Part shown: positions 25,772-33,491 of the stretch, piece by piece | Layout: each line of letters starts with the position of its first letter | Position numbering within the stretch: the stretch's first letter is position 1 | Source of the DNA: Pyrinomonadaceae bacterium | GTDB taxonomy: Bacteria > Acidobacteriota > Blastocatellia > Pyrinomonadales > Pyrinomonadaceae | Reading direction: 5' to 3' | Assembly: GCA_046595575.1 (NCBI GenBank) | Contig: JBKJOR010000048.1 | Span: 1-36,630, forward strand | Length of the DNA stretch: 36,630 nucleotides | Program-made: the position numbers and the translations under genes | The notes under the pieces: model-generated | Seen by the model: the letters and a program-made list of their open reading frames with translations, nothing else | What the model was told of the DNA's origin: nothing | The model's database searches: none

Positions 25772-27703
25772 CTATGACGTGCTCAGCTTAGGCTTTCCCT
25801 TCACCTTCTTCGCATTTTTCGGAACGGTTTCGACGATCTCAGCCGCAGGCGGTTGGTTCGTCTTGTTCATTTTGTTGATCAACATCTGCTGGCCAAAGCT
25901 GACCACGTTTCCGAACAACCAGTAGATCAGAAGGCCGGCCGGAGCCGTCCACATTACCCATAGCATCATGACGGGCATAAGATAGGTCATCATCTTTTGC
26001 TGCATCTGTTGTTCAGGTGAAACAGCCGGGGCCGTAGGCGTAAACTTCATCGCCAAAACCATCGAACCGGCAAACGCAAACTCGAGCAAATGCCAAGGAT
26101 CCGCCGCCGACAGATCCGGCAACCACAAGAACGACGCCTGTCGAGCGTCGAGAGCTACCGTTATCGCCGTATAGAACGCAATCAGCAATGGAAACTGCAA
26201 GAGCATCGGGAGACAGCCGCCGATCGGCAGAGCGTCCTTCGTCAACTTCAACTGGTCCATCTGAAGCGTGCGCATCCGCGGATCGTCGGCCGGTATGCCC
26301 TTCTTCTGCATATCCTTGATCTGATCCTGGATCGCTTTCATCTTAGGCGCATTACCCGCGGCCTTTTTGAAAGACTTGGATTGCGACCAGCGAAGTGGGA
26401 AGAGCAGCGAATAGAACAAAAATGTGAATACGATGATCGCCAAACCGTAATTCGCAGTGATCCCGTTAAAAAAGTGCAGGGCGTGAAGGATCGGGATCGA
26501 CAGGGGCTTAACCAACCAGCGTATCGGACGGTAGTTACTAAAATTGATGAGGTTAACGAACTCAAGTTCGCGGCCCGCCGTTTTACTAAACTGCTCGCCG
26601 AGTGGCTGTAGCACGAAATAATCTTTTGAACCGGTATAGATCTTTGTAACCGACCCATCCGCCTGGATCGGAACGAAGGCCGTCACAAGGTGTCTCGTTT
26701 CCTTCGATGTCGGGCTGCGAGTTATCCACGAGAAAATGCTGTGGAAGAATGGTTGTGTATCCACCTCGTACTTCGTCGCATGAATCTCGAGGCCCTGAGA
26801 CGGTGCCGCCGGAACCGCTGCCATTGCGAAATACGAATCAGCCACTCCCGCCCAATCGACATTACCCGGAACAGCTATCGAGGCAGTGCTGCTGGCGTCG
26901 TACGTAAACGAATAATTGCCCTGATGTCGATGCATGTCACCGTCGATCGAAGCTACTGATTCAGATTCGATCTGATAGAACGTATGGTGGTTGATCGCGT
27001 GGTCGCCGATACTCGCACCGATCGCGAGCTTAGTATTGGGCACGGGCTGGCCGTTCTGTTTAAGATCTATCGCAAGGTCCGCGATATAGCTGTCTGCTCT
27101 AAACACGAATGACTTTCTTATTTCGAGGCCGTTTTCGCCTGCGAGGGAAAATTCGATCCTCGCCTCCTGGCCATCACCAAGAGTGATAAGATCTGCCGGC
27201 GCCGTAACCTGGTAATTTCGTTCGTTGGCGATTGACGTGATATTCGGATCCCCGGTTGTGAGACGAAAGGGCAATTCACGCGGATTCTGATCAAGCGCTT
27301 TTTGCGAGATCAATTGCAACGGCTTCTGGTTCCCGTCGGTCGACCCGTCCGCATATATCGCATACTCGCCTTTACTTGACTTGTTCTTCAGAAGTATCCA
27401 ACTCGTTGCAACCGCACCTTTGGAATCGAGCGTCACTTCGTAAAGCGGCGCCTTGATCGTGATCGTACGATTTGGTGTTGTATCAGGCGTGGCGGCAACT
27501 GTCTGGCTCGGCGATTGTAACGGCACCGCTACGGGTGACGGACGCACCGCCGGCTGCATGGTGTTTGCGTCGGCTACCGTCGTGTTTGCGTTGTTGGCCG
27601 GAGGTGTCGGAGCGAAGAAGTAAGACCATCCTAGGAGGACGATCAGTGACAGCACAGCGGCGGTCACAAAACGAAACTGATTCTGATTATTACTATTATC
27701 CAT
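25772..27703 (-). CDS. yidC: Membrane protein insertase YidC
   Basis: N-terminal TM, a large periplasmic domain, then a C-terminal 5-TM core (NYGLAIIVFTFLFYSLLFPL, GGCLPMLLQFPLLIAFY). Confidence 0.92.
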   Translation of the reverse strand: MDNSNNQNQFRFVTAAVLSLIVLLGWSYFFAPTPPANNANTTVADANTMQPAVRPSPVAVPLQSPSQTVAATPDTTPNRTITIKAPLYEVTLDSKGAVATSWILLKNKSSKGEYAIYADGSTDGNQKPLQLISQKALDQNPRELPFRLTTGDPNITSIANERNYQVTAPADLITLGDGQEARIEFSLAGENGLEIRKSFVFRADSYIADLAIDLKQNGQPVPNTKLAIGASIGDHAINHHTFYQIESESVASIDGDMHRHQGNYSFTYDASSTASIAVPGNVDWAGVADSYFAMAAVPAAPSQGLEIHATKYEVDTQPFFHSIFSWITRSPTSKETRHLVTAFVPIQADGSVTKIYTGSKDYFVLQPLGEQFSKTAGRELEFVNLINFSNYRPIRWLVKPLSIPILHALHFFNGITANYGLAIIVFTFLFYSLLFPLRWSQSKSFKKAAGNAPKMKAIQDQIKDMQKKGIPADDPRMRTLQMDQLKLTKDALPIGGCLPMLLQFPLLIAFYTAITVALDARQASFLWLPDLSAADPWHLLEFAFAGSMVLAMKFTPTAPAVSPEQQMQQKMMTYLMPVMMLWVMWTAPAGLLIYWLFGNVVSFGQQMLINKMNKTNQPPAAEIVETVPKNAKKVKGKPKLSTS

Positions 27704-27780
27704 TATATGAATCTACGTTCGCCCGAACTTGCGGTCTCTCCCGCCTTCCTCCAACCGCATCCGCAATCGCCGACCGCAGA

Positions 27781-27990
27781 TCACTTCACCGGATCGTGAC
27801 CACCTTTGCAAAAGGGCTGACAGCGTAAGATACGCTTTACGCCCATCCATGTTCCCCTCAACCCTCCGTATCTTTCGACGGCCTGCCTGGCATATTCCGA
27901 GCAGGTCGGCTCGAAGCGACATGCCGGCGGTAAGAACGGCGAAACGACCGCCTTATAAAGGCCGAGCAGATCGAGAACAACGTATTTCAT
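27781..27990 (-). CDS. yidD: Membrane protein insertion efficiency factor YidD
   Basis: YKAVVSPFLPPACRFEPTCSEYARQAVERYG...RILRCQPFCKGGHDPV. ATG at 27990 preferred over TTG at 27999. Confidence 0.88.
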   Translation of the reverse strand: MKYVVLDLLGLYKAVVSPFLPPACRFEPTCSEYARQAVERYGGLRGTWMGVKRILRCQPFCKGGHDPVK

Positions 27991-28052
27991 CAATACCAAT
28001 ATTCTGCCACACAGAGGTCGGAACCGGCAGCGACAGGAAATCGGCTCAGTCT

Positions 28053-28586
28053 TTAACGTTCCTGATCGCTGCTGCTACCGATCCTCACACGCTCCGCGAT
28101 CTGTTTGAATTCCGCCAGCGGCTTATCGAGTTTGACGCGAAGTAGACTTCGGCGGGCGTTCAGCACCCAGTCAAATTTGACAGAGATCCTGTCCAACTCG
28201 GCTCTGCTCAATCTGAAAGACTCTCGCAAAAGCCGCTTCGCACGGTTACGATCATGAGCTTTACCGACCGCCTTCTTAGTCGCAGTAACACCGAGACGCT
28301 GAACATCCCGTTTGTTAGGCATTAGGAAGACCGTCATAAACCTTCCTTCGATTCGTCGACCTTGCTCGTAAACACGCAGAAACTCGGCGCGCTTAGCGAG
28401 CCGAGTTTCCTTTGGTAGATCGAATCTTAGTAGTGTTTGACTGTCAGGCGTTTGCGGCCCTTCGCCCGCCGCCGCTTCAGAACGGCCCGACCGTTCTTGG
28501 TCGCCATCCTTGCCCTGAAGCCGTGTTTCTTTGCGCGGCGTCGATTGTTTGGTTGATAAGTTCTCTTCGGCATAATCGCTCTCCAT
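28053..28586 (-). CDS. rnpA: RNase P protein component RnpA with an N-terminal extension that overlaps rpmH out of frame
   Basis: Core [20 protein letters not shown]...[26 protein letters not shown] begins right after the rpmH stop. The only in-frame ATG/GTG/TTG codons upstream of the core are ATG 28586 and GTG 28595, both 5' of the rpmH ATG. Confidence 0.8.
   Translation of the reverse strand: MESDYAEENLSTKQSTPRKETRLQGKDGDQERSGRSEAAAGEGPQTPDSQTLLRFDLPKETRLAKRAEFLRVYEQGRRIEGRFMTVFLMPNKRDVQRLGVTATKKAVGKAHDRNRAKRLLRESFRLSRAELDRISVKFDWVLNARRSLLRVKLDKPLAEFKQIAERVRIGSSSDQER
28427..28573 (-). CDS. rpmH: 50S ribosomal protein L34
   Basis: Hand translation gives [53 protein letters not shown] lies 6 nt upstream. 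At 48 aa it falls below the ORF-track size cutoff. Confidence 0.92.
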   Translation of the reverse strand: MPKRTYQPNNRRRAKKHGFRARMATKNGRAVLKRRRAKGRKRLTVKHY

Positions 28587-28694
28587 GGAATTCACCCGAA
28601 AGTGAAAACGTAGAGTTTAACGAAAAACGGGCGAGTGTGTCAAAGAACGTTCGAAGTGTGCAGGTGTCCTATATTTTGGCGATCCGAACACATC

Positions 28695-28764
28695 CTTTGC
28701 GTCCTTGGCGAGCTTTGCGTGATAAAAACCGGAGGTTCACGCAAAGCTCGCCAAGGACGCAAAG
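28695..28764. repeat. Perfect 28-bp inverted repeat with 14-nt loop (REP/MITE-like hairpin)
   Basis: ctttgcgtccttggcgagctttgcgtga (28695-28722) and tcacgcaaagctcgccaaggacgcaaag (28737-28764) are exact reverse complements. No T-tract on either side. Confidence 0.8.
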
Positions 28765-28910
28765 TTACCATTCGTTAAGCTGACCCAGTATTTCACTCGA
28801 GTTTAAAGGAGCCTTCTAAAGCCAGTTCCACGCCGATTCATCACCGTTGTATGCCGCCTATGCTTCTGCTAGGCTTTTCCTGCTAAAACCTAGATCACCA
28901 GTAAACGCTT

Positions 28911-31040
28911 ATGAAAAAGGCTTTCGTCCGTCTCTTCGTCCTCTTACTCCTCTTTTCTTTTTCGTTATCGGCGCAAAAGCGAAATATAACCGAAAGCGAC
29001 CTTTTCAACTTCGCATGGGTTGGCGACCCGCAAGTCTCGCCCGACGACTCGACGGTCGTCTTTGTGAAAGTAATAGTGAATTCCGCGAAAACGAATTACG
29101 ACACTTCGATCTGGAGCGTCCCGACGAGCGGTTCGGACGAACCAGTGCGCCTTACGAGCGGAACTCGAGATTCAAATCCGCGGTTTTCGCCTGACGGAAA
29201 GTTCCTCGCTTTCGTCCGATCGACGGAAGCGCCCGGGTCGTTCTCGCAGATCTATTTATTGCCGATGAAAGGTGGCGAGGCATTTCAAATGACGACTGTT
29301 GTCAGAGGTGCGGGCGGCCCGGTTTGGTCTCCGGATGGCAAGTGGATAGCGTTCGGCAGCAGCACGAATGAGCAGGACATTGCCAAACAGGGTAAGACTC
29401 CAGCGGCTGGTGACCGCGAATCGGATGTAAGGGTTATTACCCGGGCCGTGTATCGTTCGGACGGCGCCGGCTATATCGATTCGACACGGCCGAACCATCT
29501 CTGGGTGATCGGCGTACCCCGAGGTTCAGGAGATAAGCAGACCGCAAAACAGCTCACGAGCGGCGACTTTTCAGAGGGGAATTTTGTCTGGGCGAAAGAT
29601 AGTTCTAGGGTCTACTTCACCACGAATCGAAATCCAGAACCGTATTACTCGACGCCAAAAGCAGAGATATATTCCGTTCCAGCCGGAGGCGGCCAACCTG
29701 CTTTGCTTACAAAGATCGACATGGGAGTCGGTCCGATGAGTTTGAGCCCCGACGGCAAGCGATTCGCGTTCAATGCTTCTGTCGTTGACGACCCGGTCAA
29801 GTCGTACACACAGCCCGACCTCTGGGTGATGGATGCCGCTGAAAATGCGAAGCCGAAAAACCTTACAGCGAAATTCGATTTCGACATGGGCGCAGGATTG
29901 ACCGGCGATCAGGCCGCACCCCGGGCAGGTGGCGGTGGCGGACCGATCTGGACGGTGGATGGCAAAGCTATCATCGAGCGTTACACCAAAGAGGGCCGTG
30001 CGAACCTTGCGTCGTTCGACGCCGATTCCGGCAAGCTCAGCGAGATCACAAAAGGCGATCAGGCTGTGATGAATTTCCGTGCGACTCAGGATGGAAAGAG
30101 GCTCGTCTACGCGATCTCGACACCCACCCGTATCACGGACCTTTATATTTCCGATCGAAATGGTGCAAACGCAAAGCAGTTGACGCGGGTCAACGATGCA
30201 CTGTTCTCAAAGCTGAACCTGACCGAACCCGAAGAGATCTGGTACAAAAGCTTTGACGGCAAGCGCGTCCATACGTGGGTGCAGAAGCCGGCTGATTTCG
30301 ACCCAAAGAAAAAATACCCGCTCATCCTGAATATCCATGGCGGCCCTCACGCAGCCTACGGTTACGTCTTCAACCACGAGTTTCAATGGATGGCAGCGAA
30401 GGGTTATGTTGTCGTATATCCAAACCCGCGGGGATCGACGAGCTACGGTCAGGATTTCGGGAACATCATCCAGCACAACTATCCCGGCGACGACCACCAA
30501 GATCTGATGTTGGCCGTCGACGAGGTGATCAAGCGCGGCTACATCGACGAAAAGAAGTTGGGAATCACGGGCGGCTCGGGTGGCGGAGTGTTGACGAACT
30601 GGGCGGTTACAAAAACGGATCGCTTTGCGGCGGCGGTGTCACAGCGGGATATTTCGGACTGGGCAAACTGGTGGTACACGGCTGATTTCACGCAGTTTCA
30701 ACCTGCGTGGTTCAAGGGTGCACCGTTTGAAGACGTCGAGGGTTTTCGCCAACGCTCGGCCATCACGCACGTCGCAAAGATCAAAACGCCGATGATGTTT
30801 ATTCTCGGCGAGGCCGATTGGCGAACGCCTTCAATGGCCGGTGGCGAGGAGTTGTTCCGCGCGCTCAAGTATCGAAAGATCCCGACCGTGATGGTCCGCT
30901 TTCCAAATGAAGGCCACGAGCTTTCACGCTCCGGCCAACCATGGCATCGCATCGAACGGCTGCAGCATATCGTTGGATGGTTCGACAAGTGGATGATGAA
31001 CGCATCGAAACCGGAGTATGAAGTGGGGGCGGTTAGATAA
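28911..31040 (+). CDS. S9-family serine peptidase (prolyl oligopeptidase/acylaminoacyl-peptidase type) with an N-terminal TolB-like beta-propeller
   Basis: Signal peptide MKKAFVRLFVLLLLFSFSLSAQ. Repeated SPDGK(F/W/R)xAF blades. Nucleophile elbow GITGGSGGG. C-terminal GEADWRTP and NEGHEL. Confidence 0.9.
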   Translation: MKKAFVRLFVLLLLFSFSLSAQKRNITESDLFNFAWVGDPQVSPDDSTVVFVKVIVNSAKTNYDTSIWSVPTSGSDEPVRLTSGTRDSNPRFSPDGKFLAFVRSTEAPGSFSQIYLLPMKGGEAFQMTTVVRGAGGPVWSPDGKWIAFGSSTNEQDIAKQGKTPAAGDRESDVRVITRAVYRSDGAGYIDSTRPNHLWVIGVPRGSGDKQTAKQLTSGDFSEGNFVWAKDSSRVYFTTNRNPEPYYSTPKAEIYSVPAGGGQPALLTKIDMGVGPMSLSPDGKRFAFNASVVDDPVKSYTQPDLWVMDAAENAKPKNLTAKFDFDMGAGLTGDQAAPRAGGGGGPIWTVDGKAIIERYTKEGRANLASFDADSGKLSEITKGDQAVMNFRATQDGKRLVYAISTPTRITDLYISDRNGANAKQLTRVNDALFSKLNLTEPEEIWYKSFDGKRVHTWVQKPADFDPKKKYPLILNIHGGPHAAYGYVFNHEFQWMAAKGYVVVYPNPRGSTSYGQDFGNIIQHNYPGDDHQDLMLAVDEVIKRGYIDEKKLGITGGSGGGVLTNWAVTKTDRFAAAVSQRDISDWANWWYTADFTQFQPAWFKGAPFEDVEGFRQRSAITHVAKIKTPMMFILGEADWRTPSMAGGEELFRALKYRKIPTVMVRFPNEGHELSRSGQPWHRIERLQHIVGWFDKWMMNASKPEYEVGAVR

Positions 31041-31125
31041 GGTGCGCGTCGTCTTTTCGTTCGAAGCCGTCTCTCGCTTAAGCATAGCTACGTGCTTCCA
31101 GCACTTGCTCTGAGTTCTAACAATT

Positions 31126-31388
31126 AATTGCCCCGGCCTTTACGAGCCCGTGTCAAACTCGGATGCCTGGCAGCGAAGCCGCCCCAAGATGCTAGCCAGA
31201 CGTGAAACGTCTGGACCATCCGAGTTTCAATTCCGCACTGAAGGTGCGGAAGATATGAGCTTTCCGCCCCTTCAGGGCGGCAGCGATTTATTGTGCCGTA
31301 CCAGAAGCTTCGCATCTGGCTACTATCTTTGGCAGCTTCGCCGCCGGAAGTTCTAGTTTTGACACAGCCTCTGAAACCCGGGGCAATT
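31126..31388. repeat. 263-bp foldback made of two diverged ~130-bp units in inverted orientation, each with three hairpins
   Basis: Termini aattgccccgg (31126-31136) and ccggggcaatt (31378-31388). Shared blocks gtgtcaaa, ggcNgcgaagcNgcc, aagatNgtagccaga...tctgg. Central hairpins are ccgcac-tgaag-gtgcgg (31233-31249) and ccgccc-cttca-gggcgg (31264-31280). Confidence 0.65.
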
Positions 31389-31403
31389 CATTTGTTCGGC
31401 TAT

Positions 31404-32366
31404 CTAAAAATCATAAACCGTGGCCTCGTAAACTCTGCCACGATCGTCGACTAAGACACCTTTTACCGCAATTTGTTTGTTTTCCTTGAGGTAGATTTCC
31501 GTTTTGAACTCTTTTATCGAAGTGGTTAAGGCACCCGTACTGTGAACCATTCGCAACAAAGCCTGCTTGTACCATTTAATGCTCTCGAGAACACGCGGTG
31601 TTAAGGAGGGATGCTGGTTGCTTCCCGGCACCCAGTCTATGCTTATTCGATGCCCTTCAACGGTTCTGACAAGTTGATGAAGGTCGTCCATAACAACACC
31701 GTCATCAACATAGTTTGTGAAGCTGACAAATGAGTGAGTGAGGTTGTGCGCAATTGACCTGAGTACCTTGTATTTCGGGTGTCGACCTTCTTCTAGGCCG
31801 TTCGCCTCGATTACAAGATGACGCACTGCCTCGACGTATAGATCGTGCTCGGCACGAAGAATTCTATCGGATAGCGAAGTTACGCTATCGCCAGGTTCTA
31901 CAGCTATCCATTGTTGTAGAATAATCGGCCCGGCATCTAGCTCTTCATTGACCAGGTGAACCGTACAACCAGTGATCTTCACGCCGTGCTCGAATGCTTG
32001 CCGCTGAGCATCGAGGCCCGGAAAGGCCGGTAGCAAGCTCGGATGAATGTTGACGATGCGGTTTTCAAACGCATGCACAAAACCCTTCGATAACAAACGC
32101 ATGTAGCCGGCAAGACATACCAGTTCGACGCCTCGCTTCTGGAGTTCGGCGATGATCTCGGTGTCGTGATCTTCACGCGATCGCCCGCCGCGCTCAACGA
32201 CGACAGTTCCAACTCCGCGCTCTTTCGCCTTCGCCAGCCCCGGAGCATCACGCCTGTCGCTGATAACAACAGCGACTTCCGACTCGGGAATCTCGCCGCT
32301 CTTCACCGCGTCGATGAGGGCGACCATATTTGAACCGCGACCTGAGATCAATATTCCAATCTTCAT
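31404..32366 (-). CDS. purN: Phosphoribosylglycinamide formyltransferase PurN with an unassigned ~110-125-aa C-terminal extension
   Basis: MKIGILISGRGSN, CLAGYMR, VNIHPSLLPAFPG, TGCTVHLVNEELDAGPII. The PurN core ends around aa 195-210 of 320. ATG at 32366 preferred over the longer ORF start. Confidence 0.85.
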   Translation of the reverse strand: MKIGILISGRGSNMVALIDAVKSGEIPESEVAVVISDRRDAPGLAKAKERGVGTVVVERGGRSREDHDTEIIAELQKRGVELVCLAGYMRLLSKGFVHAFENRIVNIHPSLLPAFPGLDAQRQAFEHGVKITGCTVHLVNEELDAGPIILQQWIAVEPGDSVTSLSDRILRAEHDLYVEAVRHLVIEANGLEEGRHPKYKVLRSIAHNLTHSFVSFTNYVDDGVVMDDLHQLVRTVEGHRISIDWVPGSNQHPSLTPRVLESIKWYKQALLRMVHSTGALTTSIKEFKTEIYLKENKQIAVKGVLVDDRGRVYEATVYDF

Positions 32367-32528
32367 CAATTCCAATTTTTTGCGCCCGGCCAGAATTGCG
32401 CCATCGGCGTTTTCAATCCGCCGCAGATCAATATCGTGGACTGTTCTTGCACGCCGTCCTAGACAGGACGACATCGCTGGGACGGTATCAAATATTCGCT
32501 GTTGCGGCTTGCGGAGCGTCTGAAAGCT

Positions 32529-32569
32529 TTGAAAATTTCACGCCACACTTGTACAATGTTCCGGTACAA
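32529..32569 (+). promoter_or_regulatory. Candidate sigma-70 promoter with TGTACA-type operator for yefM-yoeB
   Basis: TTGAAA (32529-32534), 17-nt spacer, TACAAT (32552-32557). Inverted repeat TTGTAC (32549-32554) / GTACAA (32564-32569) overlaps the -10. From memory, the E. coli yefM-yoeB operator core is TGTACA. The ATG at 32573 implies a very short leader. Confidence 0.45.
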
Positions 32570-32572
32570 CTT

Positions 32573-32866
32573 ATGCCGATAGAAACAACATACAGTAGTG
32601 CCCGAAGTAACTTAGCATCTTTACTTGCTCGCGTCACCGATGACAGCGAAGTCGTAGTTATCAATCGCCGCGGCCTCGAGCCCGTCGCGATGGTCAGTGC
32701 GTCCGAACTTTCCAGCTTGCTTGAAACTGCTCATCTTCTTCGATCACCCAAGAATGCCCAAAGACTACTAAGGGCGCTGACGCGGGCCCAAAGTAAATCA
32801 CAAAAACCAAGCTCATTGGAAAAACTAAGAGCGGAGTTTGGCGTTGAAAAGCGAAAAGAAAAGTAA
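32573..32866 (+). CDS. yefM: Phd/YefM-family antitoxin
   Basis: MPIETTYSSARSNLASLLARVTDDSEVVVINRRGLEPVAMVSASELSSLLETAHLLRSPKNAQRL. Confidence 0.88.
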   Translation: MPIETTYSSARSNLASLLARVTDDSEVVVINRRGLEPVAMVSASELSSLLETAHLLRSPKNAQRLLRALTRAQSKSQKPSSLEKLRAEFGVEKRKEK

Positions 32867-33125
32867 AACCCGCGAGGCTGTCTTTCATCCTGAATTCCGT
32901 GAAGATCTTCGCTACTGGGCTGAGACGAACCGGAAAACTCTGCTCCGCGCGCTCGATCTCGTCGAAGCCATTCTCCGGGATCCTTTCAACGGCATCGGCA
33001 AACCTGAACCTCTGAAATACCTCACCTCCGGCGCATGGTCGCGGCGGCTTACGCAGGAACATCGAATCGTTTATTTAGTGAGCGAGGAGAGAATCGATTT
33101 CCTGCAGGCGAGATATCACTATTAA
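32838..33125 (+). CDS. yoeB: YoeB/Txe-family mRNA interferase toxin
   Basis: FREDLRYW, DPFNGIGKPEPLKY, WSRRLTQEHRIVYLV, and C-terminal ARYHY. Only TTG starts are available (32838 or 32844), giving a ~23-29 nt overlap with yefM. Confidence 0.85.
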   Translation: MALKSEKKSKTREAVFHPEFREDLRYWAETNRKTLLRALDLVEAILRDPFNGIGKPEPLKYLTSGAWSRRLTQEHRIVYLVSEERIDFLQARYHY

Positions 33126-33154
33126 CCGTTACTGTGAGATTGAAGATCGTTCGC

Positions 33155-33486
33155 TCAGCGTGAAACGCCTATAATTCCGAAAGCTACCATCCCTGCCCAT
33201 GCGAGGAAAATACAGATCCTCATCGCAATCACGGTACGGTGGGAGGGCGCGTCACTTTTGATCCAGTCTTCAGTGAAGAAAGTCCACGAGAAGATTCGCA
33301 CGCTCCGCTGTATACTGCCGGTCCACCACGTCGAATCCGGGGGGGGGTCCAGAAGAAGCCGGCCGGCTTACCTGCCTTTTCCCAATCCTCCCGAAAATTG
33401 CTATGTTGGCGTCTCAACACGACGTCGAACATCACAAAGCCGACAAGTATTAAGAAGAAGATTAATGCGAAAAGGCCGAATCCCAT
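33155..33486 (-). pseudogene. Small two-TM membrane protein gene interrupted at a C9 (G9 on plus strand) homopolymer
   Basis: The ORF 33229-33486 turns Arg/Gly/Ser-rich right after the tract (33339-33347). With one extra C the frame reads ...FFWTPPPDSTWWTGSIQRSVRIFSWTFFTEDWIKSDAPSHRTVIAMRICIFLAWAGMVAFGIIGVSR, ends at 33155 and adds a second TM helix. Confidence 0.5.
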
Positions 33487-33491
33487 TGCTA

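Noticed and set aside
28412-28783. A 123-aa plus-strand ORF across the rpmH region.
   Set aside because: It is antisense to the clearly conserved L34 coding sequence, and its tail is simply a translation of the 28-bp hairpin repeat.
28596-28910. Possible oriC or DnaA boxes next to rpmH, since dnaA normally sits here. The 21817-21895 gap was also checked.
   Set aside because: There is no dnaA gene in the window. I found no TTATCCACA/TGTGGATAA-like 9-mers with fewer than three mismatches and no AT-rich unwinding tract. The neighbour is an S9 peptidase instead.
32367-32474. A 36-aa N-terminal extension of the purN ORF (MSSCLGRRARTVHD...).
   Set aside because: PurN family proteins begin at the MKIGILISGRGSN glycine-rich loop. 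The extension is Arg-rich and overlaps the divergent TA promoter region.
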